Shown here one piece after another: positions 10,056-18,121 of a DNA stretch of 32,000 bases. Under the pieces are notes generated by a model that worked only from the letters and a program-made list of their open reading frames with translations, did not search any database and was not told where the DNA came from. Source of the DNA: Desulfotalea psychrophila LSv54 (GTDB lineage: Bacteria; Desulfobacterota; Desulfobulbia; Desulfobulbales; Desulfocapsaceae). Every line of letters starts with the position of its first letter. Positions within the stretch are counted from its first letter, which is position 1. The position numbers and the translations under genes are program-made. The stretch lies in NCBI RefSeq assembly GCF_000025945.1, contig NC_006138.1, positions 2,940,001 to 2,972,000 of the forward strand, read 5' to 3'.

Positions 10056-10335
10056 TATAGCCCCGTTTACTGTAAGTAATATTATTTTTATACAAAAGGG
10101 AGTAGGAAGAAAGAGCATATTTGTGACATGTTACAACCAGCTCAAAAAAAAGCATCTCTCCATTCCCCGCAGAAGTGCTACACCGTGGCACCTTGCCACA
10201 CAATTGAGATGCTACATAATGTATAAAAACTAACAAAGCAACTGCTTTTTGTAAAATAGCTAAAAAAAGGGTTAAAGACAATAAAAGCCTTTTCCTCTCC
10301 ACCCAACTTTAACACTTTTCCCGAATCAATTTCAT

Positions 10336-10773
10336 ATGTCCATAAAAACAAAGCAGACATTTACAGAACTCCTGGAAACAATCAAACAATTACTCGGCGA
10401 AGAGGGCTGCCCATGGGACAAAAAGCAGACCAACGAATCCATCATTAAATATTTAAAATCGGAGTCACAGGAACTTATCGACGCCCTTGAGAAAAAAGAT
10501 TACCCAAATATCTGCGAGGAACTGGGAGACGTTCTTTATATTGTGATTCTCATCAGTTCCATAAATAAAAAAGAGGGCCAATTCAGCCTCGAGGACGTCT
10601 TCCGCGAAGTGAACGCAAAGCTCGTTCGCCGCCACCCCCATGTCTTTGCCGGCACCAGCTATGAAACAGAAGAAGATCTGGCAAAGCAGTGGGAGAAGAT
10701 CAAGCAACAAGAGAAGCACGATGCGAAAATACAAATAGCGCCAACAAACAACAACAAAGGTAATATTAAGTAA
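10336..10773 (+). CDS. mazG: Single-domain MazG-family nucleoside triphosphate pyrophosphohydrolase
   Basis: EEGCPWDKKQT, SESQELIDALE...ICEELGDVLY (the EExxE/D metal motif region) and KLVRRHPHVF are MazG signatures. At 145 aa it has one domain, compared with two in E. coli MazG. Confidence 0.85.
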   Translation: MSIKTKQTFTELLETIKQLLGEEGCPWDKKQTNESIIKYLKSESQELIDALEKKDYPNICEELGDVLYIVILISSINKKEGQFSLEDVFREVNAKLVRRHPHVFAGTSYETEEDLAKQWEKIKQQEKHDAKIQIAPTNNNKGNIK

Positions 10774-10790
10774 TATTTTACATAAAAAAA

Positions 10791-10819
10791 TTGACACAAG
10801 CAAATGTTAGCGGTATTTT
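10791..10819 (+). promoter_or_regulatory. Putative sigma70 promoter of the rpsF-rpsR operon
   Basis: TTGACA (10791-10796), a 17-nt spacer and TATTTT (10814-10819), preceded by an A-tract (cataaaaaaa). This predicts a 5' UTR of about 150 nt before the rpsF ATG at 10979. Confidence 0.55.
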
Positions 10820-10978
10820 AACCTGTTTTTTGAAGTGAATTTCACTTTATCAGTATTTGGTTTGCCCTAATTGCTGGGCAGATCTTTTTAACCTCTTCGC
10901 TCTCTGCGTTTACAAAGTTAGCGAGGGCCGTAACAGAAGCATTATGCTTCGATATCCATAACTCCACGAGGAGGAATT

Positions 10979-11458
10979 ATGCGTAGGGACGAAACAATCT
11001 ATATTCTTCGCCCAACCATGAGCGAAGAACACATCAACACCGTCATTGAGAATACCAATAAGATCATTCTTGATGATGCGGGAACCATCATCTTCTATGA
11101 ACCAAGTGGGGCATGAAAAAGCTTGCTTACTTGATCAAGAAAGAGCTCTCAAGGTTATTATGTATACTGTGACTATGCGGGAACTCCTGCAGCAGTTTCT
11201 GAAATGGAACGTCGTTTCAGAATTGAAGATGCAGTTCTTAAGTACATGACAGTTAAACTCTCTGAGGACATCAGCGCAGAAGAGATTCAACAAGCTATTG
11301 GCGATATAGCTGCCCGCGAAGCTGCTGTTAAAGAAGCTGCCGAAGCTGAAGAAGCTGCCAACGAAGAAGTTGTTGAAAAAGTCGTTGAAAAAGTGGCCGA
11401 GAAAGCTGCTGAAAAAACTGTTGAAGAAGCTGCTCCCGTAAAAGAGACTGAAGAGTAA
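10979..11458 (+). pseudogene. rpsF: 30S ribosomal protein S6 gene whose reading frame, as given, is interrupted by two compensating frameshifts
   Basis: An RBS (GAGGAGG) precedes the ATG at 10979. That frame encodes MRRDETIYILRPTMSEEHINTVIENTNKIILDDAGTIIFYE and then hits TGA at 11114. The conserved core WGMKKLAYLIKKE lies in another frame (11107-11145). SQGYYVYCDYAGTPAAVSEMERRFRIEDAVLKYMTVKL... plus an acidic tail returns to the first frame and runs to 11458. Confidence 0.8.
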
Positions 11459-11483
11459 AATAGCACCCCCAAAGGAGTTTGAC

Positions 11484-11729
11484 ATGGCCCCAAGACCACA
11501 AAAAAAATTGTTTACCCGTAAAAAAGTTTGTCGCTTCTGCGCAGACAAAGAACTTGTTATCGACTACAAGGACGTTAAAGTTCTTAGAAACTTTGTTTCT
11601 GAACGTGGTAAAATTATCCCACGTCGTATCGTTGGCACCTGTGCTTCTCATCAGCGTCAGCTTTGTGAAGCAGTAAAACGTGCTCGTCAAATTGCACTTC
11701 TTCCCTACTCTGGATCTGCCCAGAACTAA
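11484..11729 (+). CDS. rpsR: 30S ribosomal protein S18
   Basis: [48 protein letters not shown] is canonical S18. An SD (aaaggag) lies upstream. Confidence 0.95.
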   Translation: MAPRPQKKLFTRKKVCRFCADKELVIDYKDVKVLRNFVSERGKIIPRRIVGTCASHQRQLCEAVKRARQIALLPYSGSAQN

Positions 11730-11754
11730 TTGGCTTTTAGCGAAGAGAGTCTAC

Positions 11755-12723
11755 GTGGAGAAACAAGCTGTAGAACAAATTGAGATAAAGAAGATACTGG
11801 TTCGAATACTTCTTATCACCGCAACCATTGTCCTTCCAGGAGTGGATTGGACAGTTTTTAGTTGGTTGCATCCCATGTTGCCACTCCTAGTCTTTTTCGT
11901 GTTAAGCGAACAGGGCATGTACGGTGGAAACAGGGTCATACTTATAGGTACAGGTTTGGGGCTTTTAGGTTCCTTCCTGCTCGGTTCTATGAGCTTGTTT
12001 CTGTTTGCCGCATCCCTCCTACCGGTGGGTTATGTCCTGGCAGATTCAGCAAATCGTAATAAAAGTCCTGTGCAAGCAGGTGGCAGAGGAGTTTTGGCCC
12101 TGGCCCTGTGCTGGGTTATACTCCTCAGTGGTATAATAAGCCCTGGCAGTATATCTCCGTATGCGCAGCTATTACTCAGCGTAAATACGGGAATTGATGA
12201 GGCGATAAAGTTTTACCGGGCAAGCAGTGATATTTCAGTGGACGTTAATATCATGTTGGAATCTACCCTTCTGCAAATGAAGGCCATTATTCCAATAATC
12301 ACCCCTGCCATACTTGCCTGTTTTGCCCTCTTTATTGTCTGGTTTAGTACCATTGCAGGAAACTGGCTCATTGCAAAAAAATGTGGTCGTATTATCTGGC
12401 CACATTTTAAATATTGGCAGTTACCGGAAAAACTTATTTGGCTGGCCATAGCTACGGCACTGGTCACCTTTATACCTCTGAACCTGGTTCGATACGTAGG
12501 GATTAATATCCTGATTGTCATGGCAATTATATATTGCTTCCAAGGATTTGGTATTACTGTTTTCTTAATGGACAAGTGGAAAATGCCAATCATCTTTCGT
12601 GCCTTTGTGTATGTAATGATTGTTTTCCAGTCTTTTGGTGCCATTATCCTCCTCTTGCTTGGAATTGCTGACACATGGTTAAATTTTCGCAAATCATCCG
12701 ATGATGTGGGAATTCAAGAATAA
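11755..12723 (+). CDS. Polytopic inner-membrane protein, probably YybS-like (DUF2232 family)
   Basis: There are about 8 hydrophobic segments. Its position between rpsR and rplI matches the conserved rpsR-yybS-(gdpP)-rplI-dnaB neighbourhood. The start is uncertain. I chose the GTG at 11755, after the rpsR stop, with aagagag upstream. The ORF-track start at 11680 lies inside rpsR. Confidence 0.55.
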   Translation: MEKQAVEQIEIKKILVRILLITATIVLPGVDWTVFSWLHPMLPLLVFFVLSEQGMYGGNRVILIGTGLGLLGSFLLGSMSLFLFAASLLPVGYVLADSANRNKSPVQAGGRGVLALALCWVILLSGIISPGSISPYAQLLLSVNTGIDEAIKFYRASSDISVDVNIMLESTLLQMKAIIPIITPAILACFALFIVWFSTIAGNWLIAKKCGRIIWPHFKYWQLPEKLIWLAIATALVTFIPLNLVRYVGINILIVMAIIYCFQGFGITVFLMDKWKMPIIFRAFVYVMIVFQSFGAIILLLLGIADTWLNFRKSSDDVGIQE

Positions 12724-12773
12724 AAAAGCCCAGTTGTAGGGCGTGTTTTAGAAACACTATAAGGAGTTTAAAA

Positions 12774-13229
12774 ATGAAACTCATCTTAAAAGAAACCATC
12801 AGTACTCTCGGAAGAGAGGGTGATCTTATAGACGTAAAGGCGGGTTACGGCCGTAACTATCTTCTTCCTCAAGGCAAGGCTGTACTTGCAACAGCTACAA
12901 ACGTTGCAGAACTTGAGAAGAACCAAGCTGAAATTCAAGCAAAAATTGCAAAAGAGACCGCAATTGCCGAGAAGGTTGCTGAGAAACTTCAAGCTATTAA
13001 CCTTGTTATTGAGCAACTCGCCGGTGATGATGGACGTCTCTTTGGTTCAGTAACCAACTCTGACATCTGTGCAGCTCTTGCAGCACAAGACATCGTGCTT
13101 GATAAGCGTCAGATCATTCTTCCTGATCCAATCAAGACTGTTAGCGAGACCCCTGTTCTCATAAAAGTTGGTTTTCAAGTTGCAACTGAAGTAGTTGTTA
13201 AGGTTGTTCCTCTGAGCACCAAGGCGTAA
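12774..13229 (+). CDS. rplI: 50S ribosomal protein L9
   Basis: MKLILKETISTLGREGDLIDVKAGYGRNYLLPQGKAV is the canonical L9 N-terminal domain. An SD (aaggag) lies upstream. Confidence 0.95.
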   Translation: MKLILKETISTLGREGDLIDVKAGYGRNYLLPQGKAVLATATNVAELEKNQAEIQAKIAKETAIAEKVAEKLQAINLVIEQLAGDDGRLFGSVTNSDICAALAAQDIVLDKRQIILPDPIKTVSETPVLIKVGFQVATEVVVKVVPLSTKA

Positions 13230-13330
13230 CCGCTAGCCTCTTTTGAGGTATTCTGTCCTGTCCTGTGACAGGATAGATGATATAATTGTAAGCTATAGGT
13301 AGAGTTTCCTATGACTTACAAATGAGCAGA

Positions 13331-13368
13331 GACACCAGGGGGAACTCCTTCTGGTGTTTTTTTGTTTT
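13331..13368 (+). terminator. Rho-independent terminator after rplI
   Basis: The stem is acaccag...ctggtgt (13332-13338 / 13351-13357), followed by tttttttgtttt. Two further imperfect hairpins lie at about 13250-13320. Confidence 0.65.
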
Positions 13369-13416
13369 ACCAATCCCCCCATTCTTGTCCCTGAAGAATA
13401 GGCAGAAGAAGAGTAG

Positions 13417-14823
13417 ATGAATTCATTTTCCGATATACCAGACAATATGCCGCCGGCAGATTTTGCAAACCATCCCCATCGAGTTCCACCTCAAAACGTA
13501 GAGGCAGAACAAGCTGTTCTTGGCTCCGTACTACTCAAGGCAAAATCCTTTGGTAATGTGTTGGAAATTTTGAAGCCAAGCGATTTCTACCTTGAAAGTC
13601 ACCGTATTATCTATGAGGCAATGCTTGATCTCTTTGAAAAAAACGAGCCTCAGGATCTGCTGACAATTTCAAATTTATTGCGCGACCAAAATGTTCTGGA
13701 AAAAATTGGGGGGTCGCTCTACCTTGCCAGACTCACATCCATCGTGCCCGTTACGGCCAATATCGCAAGTTATGCCAAAATAATCCGTAATAAGGCAATA
13801 TTACGTCACCTCATTGAGGTCAACACAGATATTGCCGCTCGCTGTTATGAGGAGCAGGGGGATATCGATCTGCTTGTAGATCAGGCAGAACAGGCTATTT
13901 TTGATATTGCAGGCTCAAAGGATGGACAGGGTTTCACCCTGATAAAACAGATTGTGCCAGATGCCTTTGACACAATCAACCAACTCTTCAAACGAAAAGA
14001 GATGATTACCGGTGTCCCCTCTGGCTACACCGATCTTGATAAAATGACGGCGGGCCTGCAACCATCTGATCTCATCATTCTGGCAGCGAGGCCCTCCATG
14101 GGTAAGACCTCCTTTGCCATGAATATTGCCCAGCATGCTGCAATTGTTGAAAAAATTGGGGTTGCCGTCTTTAGCCTTGAGATGTCAAAAGAGCAACTTG
14201 TTATGCGTCTTCTCAGTTCTGTTGGCCGCATCGACTCCCAGCGCATTCGTACCGGTAAACTACAACCGGAAGACTTTGAAAAGCTGAACCGTGCCGTTGG
14301 CATGCTCACCGGAGCGCCCATTTTCATCGATGACACCCCATCAATCTCAGTACTGGAGATGAGAGCCAAGATACGAAGACTTGCCGCCCAACACGATATT
14401 GGCCTTATTGTGGTCGACTACCTCCAGCTGATGCGTGGACGTAACGCCACCGAAAACCGGACACAGGAGATCAGTGAAATTTCACGATCCCTGAAGGCCC
14501 TGGCCAAAGAGCATAAGGTGCCTGTTATTGCCCTCTCCCAGCTTAACCGTAGTCTGGAGAGCAGACCGGACAAACGACCCATGATGTCAGATCTCCGTGA
14601 ATCTGGAGCAATCGAGCAGGATGCCGATGTTATCGCCTTTATCTACCGTGACGAGGTCTATAACAAGTCTGAGGACAACCCCGCCCGGGGACAGGCCGAG
14701 ATTATTATTGGTAAACAGAGAAATGGACCAACGGGCTCAATTCAATTGGCCTTTATTAAAGAAATTACCATGTTCGAAAATTTGAGCTACTACAGTGAGC
14801 CCGATGATGGAGCTTTTGAATAG
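13417..14823 (+). CDS. dnaB: Replicative DNA helicase DnaB
   Basis: PPQNVEAEQAVLGSVLL is the DnaB N-terminal domain signature. Walker A is ARPSMGKTSF. The RecA-like C-terminal blocks are LIVVDYLQLM and SQLNRSLESRPDKRPMMSDLRESGAIEQDAD. Confidence 0.97.
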   Translation: MNSFSDIPDNMPPADFANHPHRVPPQNVEAEQAVLGSVLLKAKSFGNVLEILKPSDFYLESHRIIYEAMLDLFEKNEPQDLLTISNLLRDQNVLEKIGGSLYLARLTSIVPVTANIASYAKIIRNKAILRHLIEVNTDIAARCYEEQGDIDLLVDQAEQAIFDIAGSKDGQGFTLIKQIVPDAFDTINQLFKRKEMITGVPSGYTDLDKMTAGLQPSDLIILAARPSMGKTSFAMNIAQHAAIVEKIGVAVFSLEMSKEQLVMRLLSSVGRIDSQRIRTGKLQPEDFEKLNRAVGMLTGAPIFIDDTPSISVLEMRAKIRRLAAQHDIGLIVVDYLQLMRGRNATENRTQEISEISRSLKALAKEHKVPVIALSQLNRSLESRPDKRPMMSDLRESGAIEQDADVIAFIYRDEVYNKSEDNPARGQAEIIIGKQRNGPTGSIQLAFIKEITMFENLSYYSEPDDGAFE

Positions 14824-14990
14824 AGCGTTTTTCTTCCTCTTTTTAGCTTAGAAACAAATTTTTTTAATGCTACTCTTCCCCTCTTTCGGTAAAGTCTAGC
14901 AGTGTTTTAAAGGGTAGGAACAAAATTTCATATTATTTTAATAATAAAATATTAAATCAGCTAGTTGTTTAGTTACTTATCGAGGGATAT

Positions 14991-17474
14991 ATGCAACACC
15001 CAACCAATGCAAGATACGATTTTAAGACTATTGAATCCAAATGGCAGAAAAACTGGGCAGAAAACAAGACCTATTCTGTAACAGAGGACGAAGACAAGGA
15101 AAAATACTATCTCCTTGAAATGTTTCCCTATCCCTCTGGAAGAATTCACATGGGTCATGTACGCAACTACACCATTGGTGATGTTGTCGCCCGTTATAAG
15201 AGAATGCGTGGTTTCAACGTACTCCACCCCATGGGTTGGGATGCCTTTGGTTTGCCTGCAGAAAATGCTGCACAAAAAAACAATACCCACCCCTCCGTCT
15301 GGACCTACGACAATATCGACTATATGCGTCAGCAGCTCCAACAGCTAGGCCTCTCCTACGACTGGGATCGTGAGATGGCCACCTGCAACCCTAAGTACTA
15401 CCGCCAGGAACAGCAACTCTTCATCGAAATGCTCGAGAAAGGGCTGATATACGAAAAGGTAACCACCGTCAACTGGTGTGATACCTGTCAAACCGTACTT
15501 GCCAACGAACAGGTTATCGAAGGCGCCTGCTGGCGTTGTGACCAGCTGGTTCATCCTCGTAAGATGAACGGTTGGTTCTTTAAGATCACCGACTATGCAG
15601 AAGAACTTCTTGCCGATCTCGACAAGCTCACCGGCTGGCCGGAAAAGGTACGTACCATGCAACGTAACTGGATCGGTAAGTCCACCGGTCTCAGCTGCGA
15701 CTTTCAACTCGAAGATATGGATGATAAAATATCCATCTTCACCACCCGCCCGGATACCATCTACGGCGTCACCTTTATGTCCCTTGCCCCGGAACACCCG
15801 TTGGTCGAGCAACTGATCGCAGGAACCGATCGCGAGCAGGAGGTGCGTGACTTTGTTAAAGAGGTACTTGAAGACAAGCAGCGTCAGGATCCCACCCAAG
15901 AGCCAGAGAAAAAAGGCATCTTTACCGGTAAATACTGCACCAACCCCTTTAACGGTGACCGCGTTCCTGTCTATGTGGCAAATTTTGTTCTCATCGAATA
16001 CGGTACCGGCGCAGTAATGGCCGTCCCCGCCCACGATCAGCGTGACTTCGAATTTGCCGGCAAATACAAGCTACCCATCATTCCCGTTGTCGTACCGGAA
16101 GGTGAGGCCGTCAATCCAGCCGATATGGAAGAGGCTCTGACCAATCACGGTCTCCTCATAAATTCAGGCGACTTCACGGGCATGGCATCGCAAGAGGCCC
16201 AGGCCAAGATTATTGCCTATGCAGAAGAGAAGGGTTTTGGTAGTCCTCTTACCACCTACCGTCTACGCGACTGGGGTATCTCTCGCCAGCGTTACTGGGG
16301 CGCTCCAATCCCTATAATTCACTGCGATAGCTGTGGCATTGTTCCTGTGCCCATCGATCAGCTCCCCGTCGAGCTCCCTGAAGATAAGGACAAGAGCAGC
16401 GTTTGCGCCCCTCTTCATCAGCGCCCTGATTTCATCAACACCACCTGCCCAAAATGTGGTCAGCCGGCAAAGCGTGAAACAGACACCATGGATACCTTTG
16501 TTGAGTCCTCATGGTACTTCGCCCGTTATACCAGTCCACGACACACCGAGGCCCCCCTTGATAAGGCAAAGGCCAAATACTGGTTGGCAGTAGATCAATA
16601 TATCGGCGGCGTAGAACACGCTATCCTCCATCTCCTCTACTCAAGATTTTTCACCAAGGTACTTCGCGACCTGGGATATCTGGAAATTGATGAGCCCTTC
16701 ATCAAGCTCCTCACCCAGGGTATGGTCATTAAAGATGGAACCAAGATGTCAAAATCCAAGGGAAATGTTGTTGATCCCCACGACCTGATCAGCGAATTTG
16801 GAGCGGATACGACAAGACTCTTCAGTCTCTTTGCTGCCCCTCCAGAGCGTGATCTTGAGTGGAGCTCAGAAGGCGTTGAAGGTTCTTCAAGATTCCTCAA
16901 CAGAATTTACCGTTTTATTACGGCAAATTTTGAGGCCCTTACCGCAGGAGAGGCCTTTCCTAAAAAACTCTCCGAAGAAGATCGCCTGCTGCATAGAAAG
17001 AACCATCAAACAATCAAGCGGGTCACCGAAAACATTGAGCATAATTTCCATTTCAACACTGCCATTAGTGCAGTAATGGAACTGGTCAATCAGCTCTTTG
17101 CCCAATTCAAGAATGAGAAATCCATCGCCGCCCCGGCAGTTCTGCGCGCCTCGGTGGACAGTGTCCTCCTCCTGCTCTCGCCGATGGTACCTCACTTCTG
17201 TAATGAAATGTGGATGGTACTTGGCAACACCGAGCCCATCGAAAATCAGGCATGGCCTGAATTCGATATCGAGGCAACCAAGGAAGACCTGCTCACCATT
17301 ATTATTCAGGTACGTGGCAAGGTTCGCTCCAAGATTCAGGTACCGGTGGACATTGAAGAGGACGAAATTGTTGCCCTGGCCCTGGCCGATGAGAACTGTC
17401 AGAAGTTCATCGATGGTCAGCCTATTAAGAAAACCATCGTGGTTAAGAAAAAGCTTGTGAATATTGTTATCTAA
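14991..17474 (+). CDS. leuS: Leucyl-tRNA synthetase
   Basis: 827 aa. Class I motifs are present: the HIGH-type PYPSGRIHMGHVRNY and the KMSKS motif. Zinc-binding CxxC pairs and a CP1 editing domain are also present. Confidence 0.98.
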   Translation: MQHPTNARYDFKTIESKWQKNWAENKTYSVTEDEDKEKYYLLEMFPYPSGRIHMGHVRNYTIGDVVARYKRMRGFNVLHPMGWDAFGLPAENAAQKNNTHPSVWTYDNIDYMRQQLQQLGLSYDWDREMATCNPKYYRQEQQLFIEMLEKGLIYEKVTTVNWCDTCQTVLANEQVIEGACWRCDQLVHPRKMNGWFFKITDYAEELLADLDKLTGWPEKVRTMQRNWIGKSTGLSCDFQLEDMDDKISIFTTRPDTIYGVTFMSLAPEHPLVEQLIAGTDREQEVRDFVKEVLEDKQRQDPTQEPEKKGIFTGKYCTNPFNGDRVPVYVANFVLIEYGTGAVMAVPAHDQRDFEFAGKYKLPIIPVVVPEGEAVNPADMEEALTNHGLLINSGDFTGMASQEAQAKIIAYAEEKGFGSPLTTYRLRDWGISRQRYWGAPIPIIHCDSCGIVPVPIDQLPVELPEDKDKSSVCAPLHQRPDFINTTCPKCGQPAKRETDTMDTFVESSWYFARYTSPRHTEAPLDKAKAKYWLAVDQYIGGVEHAILHLLYSRFFTKVLRDLGYLEIDEPFIKLLTQGMVIKDGTKMSKSKGNVVDPHDLISEFGADTTRLFSLFAAPPERDLEWSSEGVEGSSRFLNRIYRFITANFEALTAGEAFPKKLSEEDRLLHRKNHQTIKRVTENIEHNFHFNTAISAVMELVNQLFAQFKNEKSIAAPAVLRASVDSVLLLLSPMVPHFCNEMWMVLGNTEPIENQAWPEFDIEATKEDLLTIIIQVRGKVRSKIQVPVDIEEDEIVALALADENCQKFIDGQPIKKTIVVKKKLVNIVI

Positions 17475-17530
17475 AAAATAATGCATACCTTACTGTTCTC
17501 CTCGGGGAACAGTAGGGCAGGAGAAAACAA

Positions 17531-18046
17531 TTGAAAAAAATAGCCCCCTTTCTGATTCTCTCTATCCTTCTTGTCATCGGCGGTTGTGGCTATCATAATG
17601 CCAATGTTTACTCTGGCCCTGAAAAGGCTATTTTTCTTACAGAGTGGCAAAACAAGACGAGTAACCTCTCTCTTAATTCAGATATATACCGCTCTCTCTT
17701 ACAGTGGTTTCAAAAATCTGATAAAATCAAGGTTGTTCGGACAGGAGCCGAGGCTGATCTCATTTTAGCCGGTGAAATTATTTCTATTTCTCTGCCAAGC
17801 ATGTCCTATACCGATCGAACTGCCTCGGAAGTACAGGTGGTGCTCCAGGTACGCTATGTGATAAAGGATCTGGCAACAGGGAAAATCCTCATTGAAGTGC
17901 CAAGAGAGAGCTGGACGGAAGAGTACTATCCCTATGCGGGAAACTCTTCAGCGCCCGACAAGGAGAGTCAAGCAATCAAACAAATTGTCGACGATCTCTC
18001 CAAAAAGATCTACCAGCAGACCCTGCGTAAACTCAATAGCATGTAA
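17531..18046 (+). CDS. lptE: Outer-membrane lipoprotein, probably the LPS-assembly lipoprotein LptE
   Basis: TTG start 6 nt after AGGAGA. Signal peptide with lipobox (LLVIGGC|G). About 170 aa and immediately downstream of leuS, matching the conserved leuS-lptE synteny. The family was not verified by sequence motif. Confidence 0.55.
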   Translation: MKKIAPFLILSILLVIGGCGYHNANVYSGPEKAIFLTEWQNKTSNLSLNSDIYRSLLQWFQKSDKIKVVRTGAEADLILAGEIISISLPSMSYTDRTASEVQVVLQVRYVIKDLATGKILIEVPRESWTEEYYPYAGNSSAPDKESQAIKQIVDDLSKKIYQQTLRKLNSM

Positions 18047-18069
18047 ATCACCTTTTTATTGCATTCCAT

Positions 18070-18105
18070 AGGTCATACCCATAAACGGGTATGACCTCTT
18101 TTTCT
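18070..18105 (+). terminator. Rho-independent terminator after lptE
   Basis: A perfect 11-bp stem, aggtcataccc / gggtatgacct, with the loop ataaac, followed by ctttttct. Confidence 0.8.
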
Positions 18106-18121
18106 ACCGCCCATAACACCT

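Noticed and set aside
10186-10199. A sigma54-like TGGCAC...TTGC string (tggcaccttgccac).
   Set aside because: The GG-to-GC spacing is about 4 nt shorter than the -24/-12 consensus (TGGCAC-N5-TTGC). It is more simply a small inverted repeat.
10056-10360. Minus-strand ORFs in the AP2/mazG spacer: the extension of 9606..10118, plus 10021..10302 and 10178..10360.
   Set aside because: The region is AT-rich intergenic DNA. The products are hydrophobic or low-complexity with no recognisable motifs and no SD sequences, and they overlap each other. The AP2-like similarity begins only after the Met at 10055.
11119-11148. HindIII (AAGCTT, 11119-11124) and SacI (GAGCTC, 11143-11148) sites inside the out-of-frame rpsF segment, which raised the thought of a cloning artefact.
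   Set aside because: Two 6-bp sites in 32 kb is within chance expectation. The segment encodes bona fide S6 sequence, so nothing indicates foreign or vector DNA.
11135-11690. Minus-strand F/S/N-rich ORFs 11135..11548 and 11328..11690, opposite the rpsF tail and rpsR.
   Set aside because: These are low-complexity mirror images of the GAA/GCT-rich acidic tail of S6. They are antisense to ribosomal protein genes.
15345-17486. Long minus-strand ORFs antisense to leuS: 15345..16034 (229 aa) and 16887..17486 (199 aa).
   Set aside because: They are shadow ORFs opposite a highly conserved CDS, with no motifs. The same reasoning applies to other antisense ORFs: 1037..1504, 5369..5869, 12213..12692, 22305..22907, 24863..25387, 28120..28464, 30280..30684 and 31339..31779.
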